A stretch of 64,000 nucleotides of DNA. It comes from an uncultured Solirubrobacterales bacterium (GTDB lineage: Bacteria > Actinomycetota > Thermoleophilia > Solirubrobacterales > Solirubrobacteraceae). The translations under genes and the position numbers were made by a program. The notes beneath the pieces were generated by a model that was not told the DNA's origin, did not search any database, and saw only the letters and a program-made list of their open reading frames with translations. Positions 10,537-20,232 of the stretch are shown one piece after another; position 1 is the stretch's first letter, and every line of letters begins with the position of its first letter. The stretch is from contig CAVWFJ010000018.1 in assembly GCA_963754055.1 (NCBI GenBank), positions 210,665 through 274,664 of the forward strand. The letters are read 5' to 3'.

Positions 10537-11445
10537 TTACGGTGCTCGTTCGGAGGGCGCCTGGGTCCGGTCGCGCAGCCCGTACTCCGGGTCGAGCGCC
10601 GACCGTAACCGACGGGCGTCGAGTTCGTCCAACGCGGAGCGCGCGTGGGCCGCGACCTCGCGGCCGCGCGCGAACCAGACATTTCCCAGCTCGCGGGCGA
10701 AGGCGACGAACTTGCCGATCACCCGCGCGCGCGCTGGCCGACCCGAGAGGAACGGGTGCATGGTGAGCACCTGTAGACACCCCTCGGCGTGGATCGCCTC
10801 GAGCTCGCCCTGCCACAGTTCGAGGAGCTTGCCCGGCACCTCGACGCGGTCACCCAGGGGAGGGTCGACGAAGAAGCCGTACTGCACCCAGTCGTCAAAC
10901 CCCCAGTGGACCGGCAGCTCGACCAGCGTGCCCTGATCGCTGGCCAACAGGTACGGGACGTCATCGTCCATCAGGCTCGAGTCATATTCGAATCCGGCCG
11001 CGGCCAGCAGCTCTGGCGACTCGAGGCTCAGCTGCCACCACGGGGCGCGATAGCCGACCGGTGGCTCGCCGGTCAGCGGCTCGAGGATCTCGGCCGCGCG
11101 GCCGATGATCGCGCGCTGATCCTCGACCGACAGCTCGTAGGGCGACTCGTGCAGGTAGCCGTGCCACCCCACCTCGTGTCCATCGGCGGCGATTCGCCGG
11201 ATCACGTCGGGATACAGCTCGGCGGTGAACCCGGGGACAAAGAACGTCGCCTTGATGTCCGCCCGCCGGAGCTGCTCGAGAATCCGCGGCACGCCGACAC
11301 GAGGGCCGTAGGCCTGCTGGCTCATCGTGGTCGCGTGCGTCGCGTACTTCCGGTCCACCTGCAACACCGCCGACTCCCCGTCGACGTCAAAGGAAACGAC
11401 ACATGCACAGCTGGCGCCGCCGGGCCAGGTGAACCGAGGAGGCAT
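10537..11445 (-). CDS. Polysaccharide deacetylase family protein (PuuE/cyclic-amide hydrolase-like)
   Basis: VSFDVD, YGPRVGVPR, HGYLHE, GYRAP, YDSSLMDDD, LTMHP; no signal peptide; catabolic context. Confidence 0.8.
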   Translation of the reverse strand: MPPRFTWPGGASCACVVSFDVDGESAVLQVDRKYATHATTMSQQAYGPRVGVPRILEQLRRADIKATFFVPGFTAELYPDVIRRIAADGHEVGWHGYLHESPYELSVEDQRAIIGRAAEILEPLTGEPPVGYRAPWWQLSLESPELLAAAGFEYDSSLMDDDVPYLLASDQGTLVELPVHWGFDDWVQYGFFVDPPLGDRVEVPGKLLELWQGELEAIHAEGCLQVLTMHPFLSGRPARARVIGKFVAFARELGNVWFARGREVAAHARSALDELDARRLRSALDPEYGLRDRTQAPSERAP

Positions 11446-11527
11446 CGGGGCAGTGTACGAAACCGGCGGTGGAGCCCACCAGATAGGGTCCTGATATCGC
11501 CACGCCGAGCAGCAAGGAGGACCAGAA

Positions 11528-12538
11528 GTGCTTGATTTCGGAGTGACACTCCTGCCCGATCCGCCACCTCAGCTGTTTGTTGACCGGATCGTGCGCGCCG
11601 AGCAACTCGGTTTTCGCTACGGATGGACGTACGACTCACACATCCTGTGGGAGGAGGGGTACGTGTTTCTCACGTTGGCCGCGGCGGCGACCTCCACGAT
11701 CAAGCTCGGTCACTGCGTGACAAACCCCGGGATCCGCGAGCCGACGGTGACGGCTAGCGCGTACGCGACCCTCCAGTCGGTCAGCGATGGTCGCATGGTG
11801 ATGGGCATGGGGCGGGGCGATTCCTCACGGCGCGTGGTGGGCCTCAAGCCCGTCCCGATCGCGAGGTTCGAGGCCGCGAGCGAGATGATCAAGGACCTCA
11901 TGAACGGTCGCGAGGTGCGCTGGAACGACCGCGACATCCACCTCGAATGGGCCCAGGGTCAGCCCGAGATCCCGATGTACATCGCCGGCTATGGTCCCCG
12001 CGCGCTCGGGGTCGCCGGTCGCGTGGGCGACGGCGTGATCATCCAGCTCGCCGACCCAGAGATCACGAGCTGGATCATCGAGCGGGCGAGAAATGCCGCG
12101 GTCAAGGCGGGGCGTGACCCGGACGCCCTGGCCCCAATCATCTGCGCCCCGGCGGTCGTCGACGGCGATCTGCCGCGCTGGCGCGACGAGACGCGGTGGT
12201 TTCCCGCGATGGTCTCAAACCACGTCAAAGACCTGATCGCTCGCTACGGGACCTCGGGTGACATCCCCCACGCGCTGACCGACTACGCCGAGGCGGTCAA
12301 GGACTACGACTACAACGAGCACAGCCGCGTCGGGGCCGATCACGGCAAGTACATCAGCGACGAGATCTGCGACCGCTTCTGCCTGCTGGGCGACGCATCG
12401 GCCCATCTTTCCCGCCTGCGCGAACTCGAGGCGTTGGGCGTGCGTCAAGTGAATCTGTACGCGATGACATCGTTACTCGACGAAACACTCGAGCGCTACG
12501 GACTCCAGATCATTCCCGAGTTCTCGCCGGTCGTCTAG
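11528..12538 (+). CDS. LLM-class (probably F420-dependent) oxidoreductase
   Basis: DFGVTLLPDPP, WTYDSHILW, CVTNPGIR, GRGDSS, AGYGP; resembles the LLM type found in dihydropyrimidinase clusters. Confidence 0.8.
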   Translation: MLDFGVTLLPDPPPQLFVDRIVRAEQLGFRYGWTYDSHILWEEGYVFLTLAAAATSTIKLGHCVTNPGIREPTVTASAYATLQSVSDGRMVMGMGRGDSSRRVVGLKPVPIARFEAASEMIKDLMNGREVRWNDRDIHLEWAQGQPEIPMYIAGYGPRALGVAGRVGDGVIIQLADPEITSWIIERARNAAVKAGRDPDALAPIICAPAVVDGDLPRWRDETRWFPAMVSNHVKDLIARYGTSGDIPHALTDYAEAVKDYDYNEHSRVGADHGKYISDEICDRFCLLGDASAHLSRLRELEALGVRQVNLYAMTSLLDETLERYGLQIIPEFSPVV

Positions 12539-12540
12539 CC

Positions 12541-13794
12541 ATGACGGTGGTGGCGATTGACCGCGACCGTAGCGCAGCGCGGATCCAGGCGGACGTCGAG
12601 GCGCTCGCCGGCACCCAGTACACGCTCGCCGCGGACGCGATCTGCCGCTACGCGTACACGCCGGTGTACCGCGCCACGCTCGATTACTTCATCTCGGCCT
12701 GGCACGAGCTCGGGTTCACGGTGACCGAGGACCCGGTGGGGAACCTCGTGGCCCGCAATCGCCCGCCGGGAGAACCCGTGTTCGGCGTCGGATCGCACTG
12801 TGACTCCAACCGCAACGGCGGAAAGTGGGACGGAACGCTCGGAGTCGTCTGCGCGCTGGAGGTCTGCCGCTGCAGCGCCGAGCTCGGGCTCGATCTGCCG
12901 CTCCAGGCGATCTCGTTCCTCGAGGAGGAGGGCTCGGGCTTCGGTCAGATGGTCCTCGGCAGCCGGATCGTCGCTCAGCGCGTCGAAGAAGAGGATCTCC
13001 GCGAGCGGATCCGCTCGATCGACGACGGCCGCTCGTTCTGGGAGCACGCCCGCCAGGCCGGATACGCGCCCGAGTGCTGGCGGGAATCGGCCCACATCCT
13101 CGACGACCTCGTGGGGTGGATCGAGCTGCATATCGAGCAGGGACGGGTGCTCCAGGACAGCGGCCGCCGGCTCGGGATCGTGCAGGCGATCGCGGGCTAC
13201 GTTCACGGCGACCTCGTCATCGACGGGCGCGCCGACCACGCCGGCGCGACGCCGATGGACGGACGGCTCGACAGCGCGGTGGTGGCCGCGCACACGATCG
13301 CGGAGCTCGAGCGGCTCGCGCTGGCGGCCGGCGATCGGACGGTCGGCACCGTGGGCGAGATCGAGGTGCGTCCCGGGCTGATCAACGCGATCCCCGGACG
13401 GACCCGGATCTCGCTGGACGTCCGCGGTCCGGGCGACGACGCCGTCCACGGTGTGGTGCGCGACGTCGTCGCGTTCGCCAACGAGATGGCCAGGGCCCGC
13501 GGTCTGACCGCGACGTACGCCCAGCGACAGACCGTCCCGGCCACGCCGATGGATGAGCGGATCGTCGCCGCGCTCACCGAAGCCGCGGCCGCCGCCGGCA
13601 TCCCACATACGACGATGATCTCCGGCGCCGCCCACGACACGATGTGCGTCGCCGACCGGGTTCCGTCGGCGATGGTGTTCGTCCCGTGCCGCGACGGCCT
13701 CAGCCACACCCCGCTCGAACACGCCGAGCCGACCGACGCCGCGCTCGGCGTGGCCGCGATTCTCGACGCGATTCGGGCGCTCAGCCCGTCGTGA
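12541..13794 (+). CDS. Zn-dependent M20 hydrolase (beta-ureidopropionase/allantoate amidohydrolase-like)
   Basis: GSHCDS, GGKWDG, EEEG, ELHIEQG, HAGATPM, SGAAHD, SHTPLE motifs. Confidence 0.88.
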   Translation: MTVVAIDRDRSAARIQADVEALAGTQYTLAADAICRYAYTPVYRATLDYFISAWHELGFTVTEDPVGNLVARNRPPGEPVFGVGSHCDSNRNGGKWDGTLGVVCALEVCRCSAELGLDLPLQAISFLEEEGSGFGQMVLGSRIVAQRVEEEDLRERIRSIDDGRSFWEHARQAGYAPECWRESAHILDDLVGWIELHIEQGRVLQDSGRRLGIVQAIAGYVHGDLVIDGRADHAGATPMDGRLDSAVVAAHTIAELERLALAAGDRTVGTVGEIEVRPGLINAIPGRTRISLDVRGPGDDAVHGVVRDVVAFANEMARARGLTATYAQRQTVPATPMDERIVAALTEAAAAAGIPHTTMISGAAHDTMCVADRVPSAMVFVPCRDGLSHTPLEHAEPTDAALGVAAILDAIRALSPS

Positions 13795-15202
13795 CTCCGG
13801 CCGACTGCGGGGGCGCGAATTCGCCGAACCGCGCCCGGCGCAGGAACTGCCCGGTGCCCGGGCTGGCCACCAGCTCGTCGTTCTCGACCACCATCTGGCC
13901 GCGGACGAGCACCGCATCGGGCGCCCCGATCACCTCGGTTCCCTCGAACAGGTTGTAGTCGACGTTGCTGTGATGGGTGGCCGCCGACAGGGTGAGCGGC
14001 TTGTCGGGATTCCACACCACGATGTCGGCGTCGGCGCCGACCGCGATCGTTCCCTTGCGCGGGAACAGCCCGAACAACCGCGCCGGCTGCGTGCAGCAGA
14101 GATCGACGAGTTGGTTCATGGTCAGGCGGTTCTCGCGCACCCCGAAGTGGTGGAGCATGTGGAGACGATTCTCGACGCCCGGGCCACCGTTGGGGATCTT
14201 CGAGAAGTCGTGGCGTCCGAGCGTTTTCTGGTCGCGCAACCGGAACGGACAGTGATCGCTCGAGACGGCTGATAGGACGCCGGTCTGCAGGGCGCGCCAC
14301 AGGTGGTCGTGGTTCTCCGGTGGACGGGGCGGCGGTGTGAATACGTACTTGGCGCCGGCGAAATCCGGCTCCTCGAGGTCGCGTTCCTCGATGAACAGGT
14401 ACTGCGTGCAAGTCTCGCCCCAGATCCGCCACCCGGCGGTACGCGCGGCGGCAATCGGCGCTATCGCCTCCTGGCACGTCACGTGCACGACGTAGAGCGG
14501 GCAACCCGCGAGGTGGGCGAGCTGGATCGCGCGCCCCGTGGCTTCGCCCTCGGTGATCGGCGGGCGCGTCGCCGCGTGCCAGCGCGGCTCGGTCTTCCCC
14601 TCGGCCAGCGCCTGCTTGACCAGGACATCGACCACGTCGCCGTTCTCGGCGTGAACCATGACCAGCGCGCCCGTCTTGGCCGCCACCTGCATCGTCCTGA
14701 ACAGCGTCTCGTCATCGACCATGATCGCGCCCTTGTAGGCCATGAACAGCTTGTAGCTGGTCACGCCCTCATCGGGGACGCGAGCCACGTCCTCGAGCCG
14801 TCCTGCATCGTGCAGGTCGGTGATCGCCAGATGGAAGCCGACATCGATCACCGGCGGGCAGCGCTCGATCTTCTCGTGCCAGGTGGCGAGCGCGTCGGGA
14901 ATCGTCTGGCCCACGGCCTGAATGCAGAAGTCGACCAGCGAGGTCACGCCGCCGAACGCCGCCGACACGGTACCCGAGGTGAAGTCGTCACAGCTGACGG
15001 TGCCGCCGAACGGCATCTCCATGTGCGTGTGGGGGTCGATCGCGCCCGGGATGACGTACTTGCCGCGGGCATCGATCACGCGGTCCGCCGTTACGTCCAG
15101 CTCGGCGCCGATCGCCGACACCGTTTCACCATCGATCAGGACGTCGGCCACGTAGTCATCGACCGCGGTGACCACGCGCCCACCTTTGACGAGCACGCTC
15201 AC
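13781..15202 (-). CDS. hydA: Dihydropyrimidinase (D-hydantoinase)
   Basis: PGAIDPHTH, SYKLFMAYK, VHAENG, GETCTQYL, SSDHCPF, KIPNG; GTG start 15202 with GAGAGGAG RBS. Confidence 0.92.
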   Translation of the reverse strand: MSVLVKGGRVVTAVDDYVADVLIDGETVSAIGAELDVTADRVIDARGKYVIPGAIDPHTHMEMPFGGTVSCDDFTSGTVSAAFGGVTSLVDFCIQAVGQTIPDALATWHEKIERCPPVIDVGFHLAITDLHDAGRLEDVARVPDEGVTSYKLFMAYKGAIMVDDETLFRTMQVAAKTGALVMVHAENGDVVDVLVKQALAEGKTEPRWHAATRPPITEGEATGRAIQLAHLAGCPLYVVHVTCQEAIAPIAAARTAGWRIWGETCTQYLFIEERDLEEPDFAGAKYVFTPPPRPPENHDHLWRALQTGVLSAVSSDHCPFRLRDQKTLGRHDFSKIPNGGPGVENRLHMLHHFGVRENRLTMNQLVDLCCTQPARLFGLFPRKGTIAVGADADIVVWNPDKPLTLSAATHHSNVDYNLFEGTEVIGAPDAVLVRGQMVVENDELVASPGTGQFLRRARFGEFAPPQSAGVTTG

Positions 15203-15297
15203 GGGCTCTCCTCTCATCGACTAGTCGACTGCCGACCGAACCATAGCTCGTGAATCAGGGGGACCCCGCCGCGGATCTTTGCGGGGCGTCGGCTCCG

Positions 15298-16335
15298 CTA
15301 GCCGCCGGCCGGGGCGGCCTGGAACCGCGGAATCACCTCCGAGCCGAACGTTCGCAGCAGCTCGTCGGGCAGCGTGTAGCTGAAGAAATCGCGCAGGTAG
15401 AAACTGTTGATCCCGCGGGCGACGATCCCGCGGATGCGCTCCGCGCAGTAGGCGCCGTCCCCGACCAAACAGAAGGTGTCGGCGTACCGCTTGCCCATCT
15501 CGTCGTTCACCCATTGGCCCGCGACTTCGACGGCGTGGTCCCAGTCGACGGCGTGTGCCATGTCGGGATAGACCCCCGGCACGACGGCGGGAACCTTGAC
15601 GTCGATCCCGACCGCGCGCAGCGCCTCCCCGCCGCCCAGCTGAGCCTCGGCCACGAGATGGGGTTTAGCGATGCGGGCCGCCACGAGCGGGTCGTCGGTG
15701 AGGTGGCAGATCGTGCCCAGGCAGATATCGAGCTCGCCGAGCTCGCGGCCGGCGCGCTCGGCGCCGGCGCGAATGTGGCCGATCGCCTGGTCGATCAGGT
15801 TGGGGGCCATGCCGGCCAGCACGATCACGCCGTCGCACAGTTCCGCCGCGAGGGCGAGCGCACGGGGCCCCGATGCGGCCATGTAGATCGGGACCGCGTG
15901 ACGAGGCCGGGCTTCGATCTCCATCGCCCGGCCGGCAAACGTCGCCGTCTCGCCGGCCAGTAGCCTGCGCACGATCTCGATGCTGGCCCGCATCTCGCTC
16001 AGACGGGTTGGCTTCCAGCCCAACGTCTTGATCGAGCTGTCGCCGGTTCCGACGCCGAGGATGACTCGGCCGGGGGCGAGCTCATCGGTCGTCCCCGCCG
16101 CCGCCGCGGTCACCGACGGATGCCGGGTGGCGAAGTTGGTGACGCATGGGCCGAGCTCGATCGTGTCGGTCGCGCCAGCGACCACGGCCAGCGTCGACCA
16201 CACGTCTCGGAACAGGAATTGTGAGTCCGGAAACCACGCCGTGCTGAAACCGGCCCGCTCGGCCGCCGCGGCGAACTCGCCGAGCTTCGCGGGATCTTCA
16301 CACGGCGGAATCCGCAGTCCAAACCGAACCTCCAT
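15298..16335 (-). CDS. LLM-class flavin/F420-dependent oxidoreductase
   Basis: WFPDSQ, GPCVTNFATRHP, GVGTGDS, AASGPR motifs. Confidence 0.82.
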   Translation of the reverse strand: MEVRFGLRIPPCEDPAKLGEFAAAAERAGFSTAWFPDSQFLFRDVWSTLAVVAGATDTIELGPCVTNFATRHPSVTAAAAGTTDELAPGRVILGVGTGDSSIKTLGWKPTRLSEMRASIEIVRRLLAGETATFAGRAMEIEARPRHAVPIYMAASGPRALALAAELCDGVIVLAGMAPNLIDQAIGHIRAGAERAGRELGELDICLGTICHLTDDPLVAARIAKPHLVAEAQLGGGEALRAVGIDVKVPAVVPGVYPDMAHAVDWDHAVEVAGQWVNDEMGKRYADTFCLVGDGAYCAERIRGIVARGINSFYLRDFFSYTLPDELLRTFGSEVIPRFQAAPAGG

Positions 16336-16484
16336 CGACCGGCAATCGTATTTGCAAACGGGGCCACTTAGTTACTCAATACCTACACAAAGCTTGATCG
16401 TTTCCCGTATTCGTTCATGCTGATCCTGGGCGCCGGACGAGACTGGCGCCAGGACATTGGCGGCGCCACCAACGGGGAGCGGCA

Positions 16485-19400
16485 TTGAAGCTAGTTCTTG
16501 TGGTCGATGACGAGGAAGACACTCGACCCCTGTTTGAGCAGCGCTTCCGAAAGCAGATCGCCAGCGGCGATGTGCGGTTTGAGTTCGTGCACTCCGGTGA
16601 GCAGGCGCTCGAGAAGCTGTCGCAGCACAACGCTGAGAGCGTCCTCGTGCTGTCCGACATCCGGATGCCTGGACTCGACGGCTTCCAGCTGCTAGAGGCG
16701 ATTCGCAACCAGCCCAACGCTCCGCCGGTCTACCTCGTCACGGCGTACCACCAACAGCAGTACGTGGAGCGCGCCGAGCAGCTCGGGGCCAGCGGCTACA
16801 TGACCAAACCGATCGATTTCGAGCAGCTCCAGAAGCTGATCTCGAGAACCGTGCAGACAGTCTCGGTGCTGATCACGGATCTCGTCGGTTCGACCAAGCT
16901 CGAGTCGCGCGTCGGCCCGGTGGTGGCCGACCAGCTCCGGTTTGAGTATTTCGGCCTGCTTCGGGGCGCGATCGAGGAAGCGGGCGGGCGCGAAGTCAAG
17001 AACACCGGCGACGGCCTGATCGCGGTGTTCGACAGTGCCGGTTCGGCCGTCACGGCGGCGGTCGCGATCCAGCAGCGGTTCGAGCGCCGCAACCGCTCGG
17101 CTCGAGAACGGATGATGGTCAAGGTCGGGCTGAGCGCCGGCGACGCAACTGTGGAGGAGGGTGATTACTTCGGGATGCCGCTGATCGAGGCCGCCCGCTT
17201 GTGCGACAAGTGCACCGGCGGTCAGATCCTCGCCAAGCAGCTGGTCAGCCTGCTCGCCGCCGGCCGCGGCCACGAGTTCACCTCGGTCGGCGGCCTCGAG
17301 CTGAAGGGATTGCCAGAGCCGCTGGAATCGGTCGATGTCGTGTGGAAGCGGCAGGCCGAGGGGTGGCTGTTGCCGCTGCCGTCCCGGCTCGCGGAGATGC
17401 CGTCGCGGGGCATGGTCGGGCGGAACGCCGAGTCGGAACGATTCAGTGAGCTGATGGGCGAGGTCACGCGCGGCGAGCGGCGCCTCGTGCTGCTGTCGGG
17501 CGAGGCGGGGATCGGAAAGACCCGGCTGGCGACGCACGAGGCCCATCAGGCGCGCTCGAACGGCGCCGTCGTGTTGTTCGGGACGTGCAAGGAGGAGCTC
17601 ACGGTTCCCTACGGACCGTGGGTGGACGCGCTCACCCACCTGGTCGAGCACGCGCCCGAGGAGCTCTTGCGTGAGCACGTCGAACGCCACGGCGGCGAGC
17701 TGGGAAGGCTCGTGCCGGCGCTGCGGACGCGGCTTCCGGACGCGCCGCCGGAGCGAGAGACCGATCCCGAGACCGAGCGCTACCTGTTCTGGGGCGCGGT
17801 GGTGGGGATCCTGCGCGTCGCATCGCGCCAGGACCCGCTCGTGCTGATCCTCGACGACCTCCACTGGGCGGACAAGCCGTCGCTGCTGCTGCTCAAGCAC
17901 ACGCTCGCCCAAGGTCACGACACGCGGGTGCTGATCATCGGCACCTATCGCGACTCGGACCTCCACCGCGGCCACCCGCTGACCAGCGTGCTGGCCGATC
18001 TCCATCGGGAGCAGGGCGTCGAGCGGCTCTCGCTCTCGGGCCTGGGCCAGCCCGAGATCGTCGAGTTGATGGAGCGCGCGGCCGGACACGGTCTGTCGGA
18101 CACGGGGCTCGAGCTCTCGCAGGAGTTGCTGCGCGAGACCGACGGCAACCCGTTCTACACCACCGAGCTGCTCCGTCACCTGACCGAGTCGGGGGCGATC
18201 TATCAGAAGCCCAACGGGCGCTTCGCGATCCGCGGCCGGCTGGCCGATCTCGGGCTCCCGCAGAGCGTCCGCGAGGTCCTCGATCGGCGGGTCGAGCGGC
18301 TGGGAGAGAACATCCACAAGGTCCTGACCGTCGCCTCGGTCATCGGCCGAGAGTTCGATCTCGATTTGCTCGCTGCGGTCACCGAGCGAACTGACGACGA
18401 CGTGCTCGAGCTGCTCGAGGCGGCGACTGACGCCTCGGTGGTGAGCGAGTCGGCGAGCGCGCCGGGCAAGTTCTCCTTCGCCCATGCGCTGATCAACCAC
18501 ACGTTGTATGAGGCGATCGGCATCACGCGGCGGGCTCGGCTCCACCGCCGGGTGGCCGAGGCGCTCGAGGATCTCCTGGGCGAGCAGCCGGGCGTCCGGG
18601 TCGGCGAGTTGGCCTATCACTGGGCCAAGGCGGTCACCCCGACCGATCTCGACAAGACGATTAGGTACGCCCGCCTCGCGGGCCAGCGCGCGCTTGCCGA
18701 GCTGGCCCCGGACGAGGCGCTGCGGTGGTTCAACCAGGCGTTCGAGCTGATGGGCGATGGCGGAGCGCAGGACGACCGGTGCGAGCTGCTGATCGGCCTC
18801 GGCGAAGCCCAGCGCCAGACCGGCGACGCCGCCTACCGGCAAACGCTGCTCGATGCCTCGCGGCTGGCCGGCCAAATCGCCGACGCCGATCGTGCCGCGC
18901 GCGCCGCGCTCGCGAACAGCCGCGGGCACGCCAGCGTGTTCGGGGAGATCGATCAGGAACGGCTGGACGCGCTGCAGCTGGCCCTCGACCTCGACGACTT
19001 CGCCAATCCGGCGCGTTGCGCGCGGCTGTTGTCGGTGCGCAGCGTGGAGCTCCAGTTCGAACGCGATCATCGGCCGCGGCGCGAGATCGCCGAGCAGGCG
19101 CTGTCGCTGGCCCGTGAGGTGGGTGATCCCGCGACGCTGGCACAGGTGCTCAGCAATTACATCCACGCCAACTGGGCCCCGGACACCACGGCGGATCGGA
19201 TCCGCCTGGCGGACGAGTTGGCCGAAGTGGCCAAGGCGGCCAAGGATCCGGCCCTCGAGTGCTGGGCGGCGTGGGTGGCCCACAACGTGCAAATCGAGTC
19301 GGGCAACTTCGAGGCCGCGGCAGAGGCGAGGACGCGCATGGACGCCATCGCCGAGCGGCTCGGCCAGCCTTCGATGAAGTGGTTCGCCGGGTTCCCGGCC

Positions 19401-20138
19401 GCGGGCTGGGAGATCATGCGAGGTGACTTCGAGCGCGCCGAGCAACTCGGCAACAGCGCGTTCCAGACCGGAACCGAAGCGGGCCAGCCCGACGCGTTCA
19501 TGATGTTCGGCGCCCAGATCTCGCAGATCATGTGTTACCGGGGAAAGGCCGGTGACCTGATTGGGTTGGTCGAGGAGCACGCGCGCAGCAACCCGGGGAT
19601 ACCGGCCTGGCAGGCTTCGCTGGCCGGCGCGTATTGCTGGGTGGACCGCTTCGACGAAGCCAAGGCGGAGATCGAACTGGGGGCCGCCGACCGGTTCCAG
19701 CACATCCCGTGGGACCAGATTCGGATGTCCGCGCTCGCGATGTGGACGCTGGCCGTCTCGTGGGCGCAGGTCCCCGCGGCCGCGGAGATCATCTACGAGC
19801 TGATGGAGCCGTGGTCCGATCAGGTCGTATGGAACGCGGACACGGGCTACGGCCACGCGCAAATGTGGATGGGAATGCTCGCCGCCACGATGGGTCGGGA
19901 CGAGGTGGCCGATCGCCACTTCGCGTTCGCCAACGACTTCCACCACAAGACCGGTCTGCTCCTGTTCGCGGCGCACGGTCACTTCGAGTGGGCACGGGCG
20001 CTGAAGGCCCGCGGCCACCATGTGCTGGCCGAGCAAGAGGCCGCGCGGGCGATTGAGCTATCGCGCGAACGCGGTTACGGGGGCATCGAAGCGCTCGCCA
20101 ACGCGATCGTGCACAGCGAGGCGACGACCGGCGCGTGA
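16485..20138 (+). CDS. Receiver domain - class III nucleotide cyclase - STAND AAA ATPase - TPR-like fusion
   Basis: REC (VVDDE, SDIRMP, TKPIDF); cyclase (TDLVGST, KNTGDG, GDYFG, EAARL); P-loop SGEAGIGKT and LDDLHWAD; helical repeat C-terminus; TTG start. Confidence 0.88.
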   Translation: MKLVLVVDDEEDTRPLFEQRFRKQIASGDVRFEFVHSGEQALEKLSQHNAESVLVLSDIRMPGLDGFQLLEAIRNQPNAPPVYLVTAYHQQQYVERAEQLGASGYMTKPIDFEQLQKLISRTVQTVSVLITDLVGSTKLESRVGPVVADQLRFEYFGLLRGAIEEAGGREVKNTGDGLIAVFDSAGSAVTAAVAIQQRFERRNRSARERMMVKVGLSAGDATVEEGDYFGMPLIEAARLCDKCTGGQILAKQLVSLLAAGRGHEFTSVGGLELKGLPEPLESVDVVWKRQAEGWLLPLPSRLAEMPSRGMVGRNAESERFSELMGEVTRGERRLVLLSGEAGIGKTRLATHEAHQARSNGAVVLFGTCKEELTVPYGPWVDALTHLVEHAPEELLREHVERHGGELGRLVPALRTRLPDAPPERETDPETERYLFWGAVVGILRVASRQDPLVLILDDLHWADKPSLLLLKHTLAQGHDTRVLIIGTYRDSDLHRGHPLTSVLADLHREQGVERLSLSGLGQPEIVELMERAAGHGLSDTGLELSQELLRETDGNPFYTTELLRHLTESGAIYQKPNGRFAIRGRLADLGLPQSVREVLDRRVERLGENIHKVLTVASVIGREFDLDLLAAVTERTDDDVLELLEAATDASVVSESASAPGKFSFAHALINHTLYEAIGITRRARLHRRVAEALEDLLGEQPGVRVGELAYHWAKAVTPTDLDKTIRYARLAGQRALAELAPDEALRWFNQAFELMGDGGAQDDRCELLIGLGEAQRQTGDAAYRQTLLDASRLAGQIADADRAARAALANSRGHASVFGEIDQERLDALQLALDLDDFANPARCARLLSVRSVELQFERDHRPRREIAEQALSLAREVGDPATLAQVLSNYIHANWAPDTTADRIRLADELAEVAKAAKDPALECWAAWVAHNVQIESGNFEAAAEARTRMDAIAERLGQPSMKWFAGFPAAGWEIMRGDFERAEQLGNSAFQTGTEAGQPDAFMMFGAQISQIMCYRGKAGDLIGLVEEHARSNPGIPAWQASLAGAYCWVDRFDEAKAEIELGAADRFQHIPWDQIRMSALAMWTLAVSWAQVPAAAEIIYELMEPWSDQVVWNADTGYGHAQMWMGMLAATMGRDEVADRHFAFANDFHHKTGLLLFAAHGHFEWARALKARGHHVLAEQEAARAIELSRERGYGGIEALANAIVHSEATTGA

Positions 20139-20232
20139 CCCGCCGCCGCGCTCGTCCGCGTACCCCCCGATTGGGTTGACCTCACAACTGCCGGACTCCG
20201 ACCGACCGGTCGGCGCTGCTACGGTGGGGACC

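Noticed and set aside
16692-20036. 1114-aa minus-strand ORF and many similar long antisense or alternate-frame ORFs
   Set aside because: Typical high-GC shadow frames opposite well-supported genes; no motifs
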